Source: an uncultured Methanosarcinales archaeon
GTDB taxonomy: Archaea; Nanobdellota; Nanobdellia; Woesearchaeales; GW2011-AR15
Length of the DNA: 64,000 nt
NCBI GenBank assembly: GCA_964552005.1
Contig: CAZKFC010000001.1
Coordinates: 109,934-173,933, forward strand
Reading direction: 5' to 3'
In this document: positions 50,186 to 60,027 of the stretch, piece after piece
Position numbering within the stretch: the stretch's first letter is position 1
Layout of the letters: every line of letters starts with the position of its first letter
Translations under genes and position numbers: made by a program
Notes under the pieces: model-generated
Seen by the model: the letters and a program-made list of their open reading frames with translations, nothing else
The model's database searches: none
What the model was told of the DNA's origin: nothing

Positions 50186-50713
50186 TCAAAAACTTACAAA
50201 GGTTTTTAGTTTTGTATATACAGGGCCTTCCTTAGTTAAAGTACTTTCATATAAGATAAAACTGTCAACATCAAAACTTTTTTCTTCAGTTTTTATTTTT
50301 TGAAGAAATTCTTTAAATCTTGTTTTGTCTTTAACAAAAGAAACTCTGGCTAGTGTAATATGGGGATGAAACTGGAAATCTTTCTTAACTTTCAAGGCAT
50401 TTTCAATATCCTGTTGTAATTTATTTAAAACAATATTTTCTTGTACTCCCAACCAGATAACTCTAACATAATTTTGACTAGGGAAAACCCCAATGTTAGA
50501 AGTTTTTAGTTTAAACTTGTCAAATTTTATTTTTTTAAGATTTTCAATTACTTTCTCGCAAAGTTCTCTGTTAACATCTCCAAGAAACTTTAAAGTTAAA
50601 TGAAAAGATGAAGTTAACCTTAACTTTGCTAAATCTTTGTCAAGTCTAGCTTGTATTCTTTTAATATATTTTTGAACTTCAATGGAAGGATCTATTGCAA
50701 TAAATAATCTCAT
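50186..50713 (-). CDS. thpR: RNA 2',3'-cyclic phosphodiesterase (LigT/ThpR, 2H phosphoesterase)
   Basis: Two H-x-T/S-x motifs (HLTLKFLG; HPHITLAR). Confidence 0.8.
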   Translation of the reverse strand: MRLFIAIDPSIEVQKYIKRIQARLDKDLAKLRLTSSFHLTLKFLGDVNRELCEKVIENLKKIKFDKFKLKTSNIGVFPSQNYVRVIWLGVQENIVLNKLQQDIENALKVKKDFQFHPHITLARVSFVKDKTRFKEFLQKIKTEEKSFDVDSFILYESTLTKEGPVYTKLKTFVSF

Positions 50714-50764
50714 GAATAATTAAGAAATAAAAATCTTTATTTAAATTTTATAAAAAAGAAGAAT

Positions 50765-51232
50765 TTATTCTAGATCTTCGCCAAAGTTTTCTGAGTCTTT
50801 GTCTTCTTTTTCAGGACTAGATTCTTCTTTTTCTTCAGTTTCCTCTGCTTTTTCTTCAGGCTTTTCCTCAGGTGTTTCTTCTTCAGCAGGTTCTTCTGGG
50901 GCCTCTGCAGGTTCCTCGGCAGGTTCTTCTTTGGTTTCTTCAACTGTTTCTTCAGGTTTTTCTTTCTCTTCTGCTTGCTCTGCTTCTTCTTTAGGTTGTT
51001 CAGCTTCACCTTCGGATTTGCCAATAACCTCAGCAAAACCAACTCTCCTCAACACCTTAGTAACACGTACACGAACTTCGTCGTTAACTTGTGTCCCTGG
51101 AATTACCAAGACAAAACCGTCTTTTTTTGCAATTCCATCGCCTTTGTCGCCAAGGGCTTCTATTTTCACATCTAACTCATCGCCTTCTTTAACTGGCGCA
51201 AATCTATTGTATCCATTCATATTTTTTAACAC
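50765..51232 (-). CDS. TRAM-domain RNA-binding protein with a long acidic E/K/P-rich C-terminal tail
   Basis: GDELDVKIEALGDKGDGIAKKDGFVLVIPG ... RVRVTKV TRAM fold. Confidence 0.75.
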   Translation of the reverse strand: MLKNMNGYNRFAPVKEGDELDVKIEALGDKGDGIAKKDGFVLVIPGTQVNDEVRVRVTKVLRRVGFAEVIGKSEGEAEQPKEEAEQAEEKEKPEETVEETKEEPAEEPAEAPEEPAEEETPEEKPEEKAEETEEKEESSPEKEDKDSENFGEDLE

Positions 51233-51318
51233 CTTATCTACTTTAAGAGGTTGACACCTCTATTTTCTTAAAAAATCTTTTGAATTTATAAATATATAGA
51301 AAAAAAGAAAGAAAAAAA

Positions 51319-52305
51319 TTAGAAATCCCTTAACCCGGAAGTTTCTACCATGAAAGCAGCTTCACCGTCTGGTAAATTTGGGCTATCTACCAATTTTGCA
51401 ACACGGCTGCCTTTTTTGCCCTTTCTAAGGTAAACTCTGAAGGTGGAAGCATGTGCAACTATGTGTCCGCCTATTGCTGCGGTAGGATCTCCGAAAAACA
51501 CGTCCGGTCTGGACATGACTTGGTTTGTCACATACACCAAAACATTGTGTGTGTCTGCTATTTTTAATAGCTCGTGCATGTGTTTGTTTAGTTTTTGCTG
51601 ACGCTCTGCTAATGTTCCCCGGCCAATAAATTCTGCTCTGAAATGAGCTGTTAATGAATCAACAATAACAACTTTAACATTCAAGCCTTGTTTTGTTATT
51701 AAATCGCTAACCTTTTCTGCTAACAACATCTGGTGATCTGAATTATAGGCACGGGCTACTTTAACATTTTCCAGTACTTGTTCAGGGTCAAGACCAGCAC
51801 CTTTTGCAAGTTCAACTATCCTCTCAGGTCTAAATGTGTTTTCTGTATCTATAAATACCGCTACTGCAGTAGGGTCTTGTTTTTGGCATTGGACTGCTAG
51901 TGCAAACGCAATCTGTGTTTTACCACTGCCAAACTCGCCAAAACATTCAACAATGGCAGAAGTTTCAAAACCTCCTCCAAGTAAATTATCTAAATTAGAA
52001 GAGCCTGTTGGCACTTTCAAAATGTTTTGTCTTTTCTTTAGTATGTCTGTGCCTGATTCAAAGCCCATTTTCATTGCAGATCTTGCGGCCGCAATAATTT
52101 TTTTGGCAGCTGCTTCTCCAACTCCGGATGCCTCAACCAATTCACCGGGCGTGGCAACTGCTATTGACATTAAATCCTCGAATCCTGATACAGACAATTT
52201 TTCTGCAGTTGCAGGACCTACTCCTGGTAAATCCATAACTGTAATTTCTTTTTCTTCCATTTTTGGTTCTATTATTACGATTTCTTGTTTACTCATAAAT
52301 ATCAC
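51319..52305 (-). CDS. radA: Archaeal RadA recombinase
   Basis: N-terminal HhH (LPGVGPATAEKL), GEFGSGKTQ Walker A, and the RecA/RadA core. Confidence 0.9.
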   Translation of the reverse strand: MIFMSKQEIVIIEPKMEEKEITVMDLPGVGPATAEKLSVSGFEDLMSIAVATPGELVEASGVGEAAAKKIIAAARSAMKMGFESGTDILKKRQNILKVPTGSSNLDNLLGGGFETSAIVECFGEFGSGKTQIAFALAVQCQKQDPTAVAVFIDTENTFRPERIVELAKGAGLDPEQVLENVKVARAYNSDHQMLLAEKVSDLITKQGLNVKVVIVDSLTAHFRAEFIGRGTLAERQQKLNKHMHELLKIADTHNVLVYVTNQVMSRPDVFFGDPTAAIGGHIVAHASTFRVYLRKGKKGSRVAKLVDSPNLPDGEAAFMVETSGLRDF

Positions 52306-52326
52306 CTTTTTTATAAGATTTTTGGA

Positions 52327-52653
52327 TTAAGCAACTTCGTTTTCAGAATAGCTGTCTTTTAATGTAATATATTCATAGGCTTTCTGAAGAACCAATGCTG
52401 CCTTTGGCAGGTCGTTTATCCTTAACGAGTTTGTTGAGTTCCACTCACCATTTTTGTCCTGGTAATTTCTATCCAGGGAAACTGTCCGGTATTCAACAAC
52501 TTTACCATCTCTTTCAGTATGGTTTTTCCACACAGTGGCAGAAATTGCGCCAGCCCTAAACTTTTTTTCTGGCAGGTTTGTTTTAAGTTCTGTTTTTTGC
52601 ATATATATCGCCTCCGTTTCCTTATCGGTTTTTATTTCAAGAGTCTCCTTCAT
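52327..52653 (-). CDS. Hypothetical small protein, possibly an OB-like nucleic-acid-binding protein
   Basis: 108 aa; lies between radA and the RPA-like gene; no firm family. Confidence 0.35.
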   Translation of the reverse strand: MKETLEIKTDKETEAIYMQKTELKTNLPEKKFRAGAISATVWKNHTERDGKVVEYRTVSLDRNYQDKNGEWNSTNSLRINDLPKAALVLQKAYEYITLKDSYSENEVA

Positions 52654-52746
52654 TATGGATTACAAGATCCCAGAGACTGGAGGGTGCTTGTATCTTACAA
52701 GCTTTTATGATATGTAAAACAGAATTCCTTTATATACCTCACACGA

Positions 52747-52892
52747 GAATGTCCAGTGTGTCCACTGACATGTTTTAGGAAGTGGACTTCCCAAACGTGT
52801 TTTAAAGTGAGGGTGTGTCCACTGACATGTTTTAGGAAGTGGACTTTAGGAAAGAGCAAGGCAGTGAGTATATGTCTACCGATATGTTTTAG
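52747..52892. repeat. Three tandem units, each a 33-nt hairpin repeat plus a 24-nt unique spacer, with a 57-nt period. The third repeat is degenerate.
   Basis: tgtgTCCACTgacatgttttaggaAGTGGActt at 52747-52779 and again at 52804-52836 (identical). A degenerate copy, about 24 of 33 matching, lies at 52861-52892. The spacers are cccaaacgtgttttaaagtgaggg and taggaaagagcaaggcagtgagta. Confidence 0.6.
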
Positions 52893-52936
52893 CAGAGGAC
52901 TCTAAGAAAAAAAGCAGATATGACCAGTGCTTATAA

Positions 52937-54331
52937 TTAATATATAGAATCTAGGTCTGTTATATCTTCAATATCATCAATATCTTCAAGTTCTTTTTGT
53001 GGCTTTGATTCTTCTGGCTCTTCAGGCGTCTCAATCTCTTTAATTAATGTTTCTGATAAGTCAACAGCCTCACTTTCCTTATTCTCTTTAACTTGTTCAA
53101 CTGTTTCAAGAGTTTCTTCTGGTTTTTCTTCAATAGCATCATTAATAGGGCTTGGCATGAAATCCTCTTTACTTGGTTCTTCCCTTGTTTTTTCTAGCAT
53201 AATTGTTTCTTCCACGGGCTCTTCCACAGCTTCTTCTTTTATAATTTCTGATGTTGATGATTCTTTACTTGGCTGAGTTTCTTCCACAATATTATCTGAT
53301 TTAACTTGGACAGTCTCAACTTTATTTTCTTTTACTGATTCTTCTTTTACAGATTCAAGTTCTTTGTCTAATCTGGCAATTTCTTCTTTAGGATCAGGGT
53401 TTGTAAAGACTAGTTGTGGAATAAATTCAATCCGGTCAAACATATCGTTTTTATTAGTTCTGCCGACAAACTTTACAATCTGGCCAAGCAACTCGTTCTT
53501 AATATCTTCAAATGAGCTTTCTTTTTTTGCAATAATCTCTTCATTATTCATATTAAGCAGGTTTTGGACTTGGTTACGCCATAACACCACACGGACATTT
53601 TCTGTCCCGTCATCTAAAAATAGATTAAGAACATATGCATAACTAGGATCTACTTTATTATGAACATCACAATAAAACCCGTCTTCTCTTTTTTTAACCC
53701 GTTTATTACACTGAGGACACACTTCAAAGAACCTCGGATCAAATACTTGAACTATTGTACCTAGAATTTCAACATTATTCTCATTTTCTTTTAAATCAGC
53801 TATCTTCTTACGTTCAGCTTTATCTTTTACTTCAATATCTTTTACATCATTGGGAGATATTGTAACAGTAGTTTTCTCACCAAGGTGCACTTCCATTCTA
53901 CCCCTATTATCTCTAGAATAGCCGTTCTCAATCTTTATTATATCATTTTCTTTTATTTTGCTTAGAAGATCAGCCTTATCATTCCACGCCACTACTCTTA
54001 TCATGCCTGTTTCATCACCTATTATGAATGAGCCAACCCTGCCTTTCCTATTATCTTTTTCAAAGGTTCTGACTTCATATATATTCATGACCTTGCCTGT
54101 TAATTCGACATGCCTCATCCCAGCCAAAACATTTTTTATCTGCAGTTTACCTGGATCTTCCAATATTTTAACGCCGAGCTCATTTGCTATAATATGTAAG
54201 GCGCCTTCCTCGCTTATTAATCCAGATAATTGATCTAGTTTATCTTTTACTCTTGAATTTATTTCTTGGTCAGAAAGGCCGGCTTTCTCTTTGATTTTTT
54301 CTATTATGATGTGTTTAGGAATCTTTATCAT
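52937..54331 (-). CDS. Replication protein A (RPA)-like ssDNA-binding protein with OB folds, a Zn ribbon and an acidic C-terminal tail
   Basis: Tandem OB-fold-like regions and a CPQCNKRV...CDVHNKV zinc ribbon typical of archaeal RPA. Confidence 0.65.
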   Translation of the reverse strand: MIKIPKHIIIEKIKEKAGLSDQEINSRVKDKLDQLSGLISEEGALHIIANELGVKILEDPGKLQIKNVLAGMRHVELTGKVMNIYEVRTFEKDNRKGRVGSFIIGDETGMIRVVAWNDKADLLSKIKENDIIKIENGYSRDNRGRMEVHLGEKTTVTISPNDVKDIEVKDKAERKKIADLKENENNVEILGTIVQVFDPRFFEVCPQCNKRVKKREDGFYCDVHNKVDPSYAYVLNLFLDDGTENVRVVLWRNQVQNLLNMNNEEIIAKKESSFEDIKNELLGQIVKFVGRTNKNDMFDRIEFIPQLVFTNPDPKEEIARLDKELESVKEESVKENKVETVQVKSDNIVEETQPSKESSTSEIIKEEAVEEPVEETIMLEKTREEPSKEDFMPSPINDAIEEKPEETLETVEQVKENKESEAVDLSETLIKEIETPEEPEESKPQKELEDIDDIEDITDLDSIY

Positions 54332-54425
54332 GCTTAACCCCCCAAAATGATTTCTTTAAAAAGAAAAGTTATTTATAAAAATATTGGGATAAATTTTATA
54401 TAGTTCTCTTTACAAAATATTTTTC

Positions 54426-54893
54426 ATGTATAAAAAAGCACAGGCAACTTCGTGGTCATTAAAGGAAATAGGAGATTTATTGTTGAGGATATTTGCTGTT
54501 TTGATATTAATTGTGTTTTTAGTTAGTGTTGTTAATATATTTACACAATCAAAACCTATTAGGAATGTATATCAAGATTTTGAACGTGTTATTGGCGAGA
54601 TAGAAGATTTGAACGAGGGAGAAGAACTTCTTGTTCCTATATTATCTGATGGTTATCATATGATTGTAAGGCCAATGGACGTTGTGAAAGAACAACAGTT
54701 TGGCTGTAGATTAGATGAAAGTGATTATTGTGCTTGTCTATTAAATGAAGATGATCAAATCCTTAGATGTAAATCTTTTAGCAAGAAAGATGATGAAGGC
54801 ATTGTTGAAATAGATCCGTTAACAGATGTTTATTTAACAAATAGTCGGGGAGTTCTTTTAAGTTATGATAACGGAGAAATTAATTTAAGTTAG
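54426..54893 (+). CDS. Hypothetical anchored protein with the N-terminus MYKKAQATSW followed by a TM helix
   Basis: Same [KR]KA-x-W-TM N-terminal pattern as the neighbouring minus-strand genes; 14-nt convergent 3' overlap with the 1178-aa gene. Confidence 0.35.
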   Translation: MYKKAQATSWSLKEIGDLLLRIFAVLILIVFLVSVVNIFTQSKPIRNVYQDFERVIGEIEDLNEGEELLVPILSDGYHMIVRPMDVVKEQQFGCRLDESDYCACLLNEDDQILRCKSFSKKDDEGIVEIDPLTDVYLTNSRGVLLSYDNGEINLS

Positions 54894-57800
54894 AGACATG
54901 ATTTACAGATTCTGCAATATCGCCATTATTTCCCAATATACAACCTTGCTTTCCTAATTGAGCATATGCTCCTCCTTTACAGAAAGCAGCGTTCATTAAC
55001 ATACTTTCTGAACAACCGCTATTTTTCATAGCTTCCCCTAGTTGTTGAGCAGTCAGCCATTGTCCTTTTACTTTGAATCTGTAATAAGTACTTCCTGAAT
55101 AATATTCAGCACCCCATTCAGACCTTACACCTAAACCATTTGTTATAGTTCCACCGCAACTTCCCTGTAGACTGTGAGTCAGTTCATGTCTAAATAGAGT
55201 ATTAAGTTGAGCTATGCTTGCACCTGTTAAAGCTTCTTCTTTACAATAAATACCATTACCACAACTACCTGAAACTCTCCAACACCAATAAGCAATTGGA
55301 CTTGGCGGTTGGCACTCACCACTTGGAGAGACAGGATACAATTCCATAGAACTTCCCATATCGTTCTTTATTTTTTCATAAATTTCCATATACGTCCCAT
55401 GATAAGTTTCGCCTGAATAACCAGAAGGATAATCATCGTCAATAACAATAACATCTTCTATTTCATCATATTCCATTACACTTTGTTGTCTCGCACCACC
55501 AGTATGCATTGTTAATGCAAACTTAACATCTACAGGTTTTGTTTTATAGGCATTATCTTCATATATGAAAGCTTCAGCATCTGTATCAATACAAAATTTA
55601 AATATCTTAGATTCATCATATCCTTCTGGTTTATCTATGCAACCCACACCATTCCAAACTTTACCAGAATCATAACAGTTTTTTGCCAAAAGATTGTTTT
55701 TACAGTAATCTAAGTTCCAATTTGTTTTACCATTGTTATCAAGAACTTCCAAAACACACTCCCTATAAGTTTTGGTTAAATCTCTACAAGATAGTTCTTG
55801 TCTGTCTTCTTCGCAATATTGTGGATTATTATCTTGATCTAGGCAAGTTGGCTGATTAAATTCAAGTTCACAAACATATTCTCCAGCTATTTGATATCCA
55901 TCCGTATTTGTGTAACAATCTAAAATCTGGCCTTCGTCATCACATGTTAAAGGAACACCATTTTCATCATAACATATAGTTCCACTTGGCAATCTCCCAT
56001 GACAAGTATAATCATAGAATGCACATTCTTTTACTTCTGTAATTAACTGGTTGCTGGCAAAAGACATATCATTATGGATTTCTGTAAAATCAAAGTCAAA
56101 TTCTTCATTTATTTCAGGGTTAAGGAAATAATATCCTGTATCTGTCTCAGACATTAATTGTGATAATGCTTCTAGATCAAGCACAGTAGTTACTTCGTCT
56201 GCAGAATCCGTATTAGAAGGATTCCATTCAATATCTCCGGGACATGCACCTTGAAATTGAGATGCTTGTGTATGAAAATCTTCAACATAATTTTGTACTC
56301 TTCTTACAATATCTTCATAATTTGGTTCATTCTCAAATGCAGGGGCTCTGCAGCCCCAACCATTATAGCCACGTAAGGCCATATCCCAACCAGAATATAC
56401 AACATGTTTATTATCAAGGGAAGGGAATTCACTATTATCACAATCATAGGGTTTATTAGCACTTGGGTTCCGGCAGTTAAAAGCATTGCATTTCTCTAAT
56501 AAAATTTTAGCACCACATTCAATGTTGTCATTTAGTTTATAGATGTCTAATGGATGACCATCTATCTCACTATTACCACAATCTCTTCTACCAGTAATTT
56601 GCATAATACCAACACCACCATCGCCACTTACTTTAACAGTGCCGTCATTTCTATAATGGTTACCTCCACTTTCTTTCTGGGCTATTGTTAATAATATTGT
56701 TCCAGGTATATTATATGCATTTGCAACCTGGCAAACTTTCTTTTGTTGGTCTGACAGTTCTTCATAAGTTAATCTACCTGTAATTTTGTCTTTGTCAGGA
56801 ACAAAGATAAATAATCCTACTACCAGAATTAAAACAAAGAATAATGAAAAAACAATCAATTTGTTTTTTTTGATATAATAAACAATCCCAATTATAACAA
56901 ATATTAACAATATTACAATTATTATTGTTTTATAAGATCTTTCAGGTTCTTGAATAATAACCTCTTCTACATTAACTTCTTCTTCAACTATTTCTTCTGG
57001 TACAAATTCAGGTGGGGTTTCTCTTGCTTCAAATTCATGTTTGCATTCTCCAATACAACATTCAGTTGAATCTGCTGATAATACTTGAGTACCAAAACAA
57101 TCTTCATCATAATTACATATTTGTCCACCAGTTTTTTCACACGATTCGTATTGTTCGTATATTTCTTCATCAGGTGCTTTCGGTATGAAATCAAATTCAT
57201 CAAATATTGTAATATCTTCAATTTCAGAAACTACAGATCCAGTAATTAAATTTGGTTCATCACTTTCTGAATTCTCATCTTCACATACTCTTTTAGCGCC
57301 AATATAATGTTCATTCCAATGATCTTCTTCCAAACTGTCTATTTGTACAGGACTTCCAGCATGAATAAATTGACAATCACCATAATAAATACCTACATGT
57401 GATATTCCTTCAGTATGTGTGTCTGCAAAAAAGATTAAGTCGCCTTTTTGAAGTTCATCACAATTTGGGATTATTGAAGCATAATTATCAACATCTAATG
57501 TTGGATCATGGTCAACAGGCTTTCCAATATTGTGGGCTTGCCAATTTGCATTTCTTTCCTGAATGAAAAAACTATCATCTCCTGTTTTTTCAGAATAATA
57601 ATTGTATACCCATTTAGTGAATGAACTACAATCTATAGTACATCTACCAGTTTCCCTAGTCAATAATCTCCACCTATTAGCTGTCCATCCTAATTCTTCT
57701 AATTCTGGCGAGATACTAGGCAATCTACAATTAGAATCTGTTGGTGGCAATTCATCAGAGGGCCATTCACGAGATCCTAGAAAATAGGGGTGTCCTATAC

Positions 57801-58416
57801 CTTTTTCAGCAATTTCAACTAGATTTTCACCACAACTACCTGTAAAAGTAATTTCTCTTGTTGTTTCACTAACTTTGTTTCTTAATCTATATGTGCTCTC
57901 GCTCAAAAGTAATTCTTGTTCATCATTAATTTCAAGTTTCAATCCTCTGTTATATCTGCCATATAAATTAAATCCTGGGCTATCTTCAAAAAAATAAAAG
58001 TTGTAAATTGGATAAGGAATTCCATCGTTTGGAAATACTCCAGTGTATGTTTTTAACAAGTTAATTAATCTATAAGTTACAGTACCTTTTACATTTGCTA
58101 CACAGTTTTTAGAAGGAGTATTTAATAATTTGTAGCCGTAATAAGAAGGTCTTTCAGAATCACATACCCAATTATAGAGAAAACCTGTATTTGCACCTTC
58201 ATACAATGCCTGCATAAACGCTAATTTTGTTGAAAAATCAATGTAATTTTGGACATTTTCAGCTTTTTCATACGCGTCCATCAAACTAAATTGGGTAGTG
58301 CCAACTTTTTCATTATATATAGAGAATTTAGCCCACAACATTGTTATAATTGTAAATACTAAAATAGCTGTAATAAATACTAACCATAAGGAATATTCAG
58401 TTGCTTTCTTACGCAT
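54880..58416 (-). CDS. 1178-aa Cys-rich multidomain envelope protein. From N- to C-terminus: an MRKKA prepilin-like/signal-anchor, an NlpC/P60 cysteine peptidase, a two-TM hairpin, a family-1 lytic transglycosylase (SLT), a Cys-rich region, and a C-terminal HExxH zincin.
   Basis: NlpC/P60 (RCTIDCSSFTKWVY ... ISHVGIYYG ... FIHAG); SLT (IAQKESGGNHY ... GVGIMQITG); HELTHSLQG; TM hairpin YKTIIIVILLIFVIIGIVYY/LIVFSLFFVLILVVGLFIFV. Confidence 0.8.
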   Translation of the reverse strand: MRKKATEYSLWLVFITAILVFTIITMLWAKFSIYNEKVGTTQFSLMDAYEKAENVQNYIDFSTKLAFMQALYEGANTGFLYNWVCDSERPSYYGYKLLNTPSKNCVANVKGTVTYRLINLLKTYTGVFPNDGIPYPIYNFYFFEDSPGFNLYGRYNRGLKLEINDEQELLLSESTYRLRNKVSETTREITFTGSCGENLVEIAEKGIGHPYFLGSREWPSDELPPTDSNCRLPSISPELEELGWTANRWRLLTRETGRCTIDCSSFTKWVYNYYSEKTGDDSFFIQERNANWQAHNIGKPVDHDPTLDVDNYASIIPNCDELQKGDLIFFADTHTEGISHVGIYYGDCQFIHAGSPVQIDSLEEDHWNEHYIGAKRVCEDENSESDEPNLITGSVVSEIEDITIFDEFDFIPKAPDEEIYEQYESCEKTGGQICNYDEDCFGTQVLSADSTECCIGECKHEFEARETPPEFVPEEIVEEEVNVEEVIIQEPERSYKTIIIVILLIFVIIGIVYYIKKNKLIVFSLFFVLILVVGLFIFVPDKDKITGRLTYEELSDQQKKVCQVANAYNIPGTILLTIAQKESGGNHYRNDGTVKVSGDGGVGIMQITGRRDCGNSEIDGHPLDIYKLNDNIECGAKILLEKCNAFNCRNPSANKPYDCDNSEFPSLDNKHVVYSGWDMALRGYNGWGCRAPAFENEPNYEDIVRRVQNYVEDFHTQASQFQGACPGDIEWNPSNTDSADEVTTVLDLEALSQLMSETDTGYYFLNPEINEEFDFDFTEIHNDMSFASNQLITEVKECAFYDYTCHGRLPSGTICYDENGVPLTCDDEGQILDCYTNTDGYQIAGEYVCELEFNQPTCLDQDNNPQYCEEDRQELSCRDLTKTYRECVLEVLDNNGKTNWNLDYCKNNLLAKNCYDSGKVWNGVGCIDKPEGYDESKIFKFCIDTDAEAFIYEDNAYKTKPVDVKFALTMHTGGARQQSVMEYDEIEDVIVIDDDYPSGYSGETYHGTYMEIYEKIKNDMGSSMELYPVSPSGECQPPSPIAYWCWRVSGSCGNGIYCKEEALTGASIAQLNTLFRHELTHSLQGSCGGTITNGLGVRSEWGAEYYSGSTYYRFKVKGQWLTAQQLGEAMKNSGCSESMLMNAAFCKGGAYAQLGKQGCILGNNGDIAESVNHVSNLN

Positions 58417-58861
58417 TGTTAAACTTTACCTCTATATATGAAAATGAATCTTCAAATATTATTGGCAAATATGTTTTAGCATCTATCTCGCCAATTTGTA
58501 ATTCAGACATATCCATACAATCACGGCTGTTTTCCCTAACTCTAGTTCCGTTAATATTCATGGTCCAGCATAATGGATAACCGAAAGCGTCTTCCAATAA
58601 ACTATTTACAGCAGTCTTTGTTCTGGAAAAATCTTTTTCCTGGAAATCTTTAATTATGGTTTGTTCAATATTATTGTCTTCTGCCCTTAACAAATTTAAT
58701 AAAAATAAATCAGAGTTTAGTTCTTGTTTTATTTCATTTAATTTATGTGTGGTTCTGCCAAAAAAACCTACAGAAGCTAATAAAATAATGAATAATATTA
58801 ATATAATAACAACAGCAATAATATCAACTTCTACAAATGCTTTTTTCTTCATTTTCTCCAT
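58409..58861 (-). CDS. Prepilin-like (class III signal peptide) protein
   Basis: MEKMKKKA|FVEVDIIAVVIILILFIILL, with a KKA motif followed directly by a hydrophobic helix that has E at +3 and D at +5; 8-nt overlap with the downstream gene. Confidence 0.5.
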   Translation of the reverse strand: MEKMKKKAFVEVDIIAVVIILILFIILLASVGFFGRTTHKLNEIKQELNSDLFLLNLLRAEDNNIEQTIIKDFQEKDFSRTKTAVNSLLEDAFGYPLCWTMNINGTRVRENSRDCMDMSELQIGEIDAKTYLPIIFEDSFSYIEVKFNNA

Positions 58862-59313
58862 GCAACCTCTATCAGCATATTACCTGGGTGATCATCTACT
58901 AATACAAGGTAACGTTTTTTTACGAGCAGATATTTTTCTGAAAAAGTTAATGGCTCAATATCTTCAAAATATTCTTGGTTATAATACAGAATGTCTTGAT
59001 CATTATTGTAATTTAAAGTGATTCTTGCACCGATTGCTTGTCTTGTAGGTGCCATGCATTTCTGTAGATTTTCTTGTGTAAATTTTTCTGAAACAATATG
59101 ACCAGGATAAGCTCTGTTATTTTCTACTTTAATGAAACAATTCCTTGAATATAAGAATCTCTCTGCTATAGAATAAAATTTTAAATCATCGATGTCAAGG
59201 CTTTTTTCTATTGTGCCATTTGTAATAAAAACTAATAAACCAATTACTAATATTGTGCCTATAATCCTCACTATCCACAATACATTCTCGCCTTGTTCAG
59301 CTTTTTTATTCAT
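58849..59313 (-). CDS. Prepilin-like/anchored protein
   Basis: MNKKA|EQGENVLWIVRIIGTILVIGLLVF; overlapping gene junctions. Confidence 0.45.
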   Translation of the reverse strand: MNKKAEQGENVLWIVRIIGTILVIGLLVFITNGTIEKSLDIDDLKFYSIAERFLYSRNCFIKVENNRAYPGHIVSEKFTQENLQKCMAPTRQAIGARITLNYNNDQDILYYNQEYFEDIEPLTFSEKYLLVKKRYLVLVDDHPGNMLIEVAWRK

Positions 59314-59788
59314 TAATCAGTTCCTCTTTAGTATTATAGTAGCGGACAGTATCGCCAGCTTTTACTATTGCAATTCTAACAGGAATAACGTATTCAGGTG
59401 TTTCTCCAACATAAGTAACAATGGGCTGGACTTCGTCATAATATAACTTTGTAGTAGGATCTTCAATAAAACCATACTTTGCAATACTGCCCTCAATAAT
59501 TGTGCCTTTCTTGTTTATTACCCGAATATTGTTTTCTTGGATGTCAAAAGAAAATTTTTGTGTGTCATGTGGGTAAACATATATTAAATCATTCGGACTT
59601 GCTAATACAGTATCTGTCAATATTCCTAAATCTATAGCTAAATAATTCTTTTCAAAATAATCTGAACTTGTGACCTGCATGACAAAAGCAAACACTGGCA
59701 AAAATATGAAAACAAAAACAACAATTAATCTAACTAATACATTCCATGACAATGTAAAATATTCAGAGCCTCTTTTAGATTTCAGCAT
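59306..59788 (-). CDS. Prepilin-like/anchored protein
   Basis: MLKSKRG|SEYFTLSWNVLVRLIVVFVFIFL; first gene of the minus-strand operon. Confidence 0.45.
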   Translation of the reverse strand: MLKSKRGSEYFTLSWNVLVRLIVVFVFIFLPVFAFVMQVTSSDYFEKNYLAIDLGILTDTVLASPNDLIYVYPHDTQKFSFDIQENNIRVINKKGTIIEGSIAKYGFIEDPTTKLYYDEVQPIVTYVGETPEYVIPVRIAIVKAGDTVRYYNTKEELINE

Positions 59789-60027
59789 GGTTTTATTTTT
59801 AGCATAAAGACTTTATATACTTTTTTGTTAAAACTGTTAAAACCAAAACTTATTTATAGTTAATAAATAGAGAAAATATTAATGTTTTTGAATAAAAAAA
59901 GTCAAGTTACAACATTGTCACCGGCCACAAAATTAATAGGCGTAATAATTTTAGGTGTTGTCTTATTATTAATAATATACTTTGTATTCAAAGATAAATT
60001 AGCTGAAATATTGGTGAGCAATTATAT

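Noticed and set aside
50770-51254. ORFs 50770-51042, 50799-51254 and 50975-51175, which overlap the TRAM-domain gene
   Set aside because: They are low-complexity K-rich or S-rich translations of the acidic E/K/P-tail coding region in other frames, and so are artefacts.
51836-52330. Plus-strand 164-aa ORF inside radA
   Set aside because: It is antisense to a highly conserved RadA coding sequence and shows no motifs.
52747-52892. Calling the three-unit repeat a CRISPR array outright
   Set aside because: There are only three repeats and the 24-nt spacers are short. No cas genes are nearby and the repeat terminus is atypical. It is reported as a repeat and as a finding, not as a CRISPR feature.
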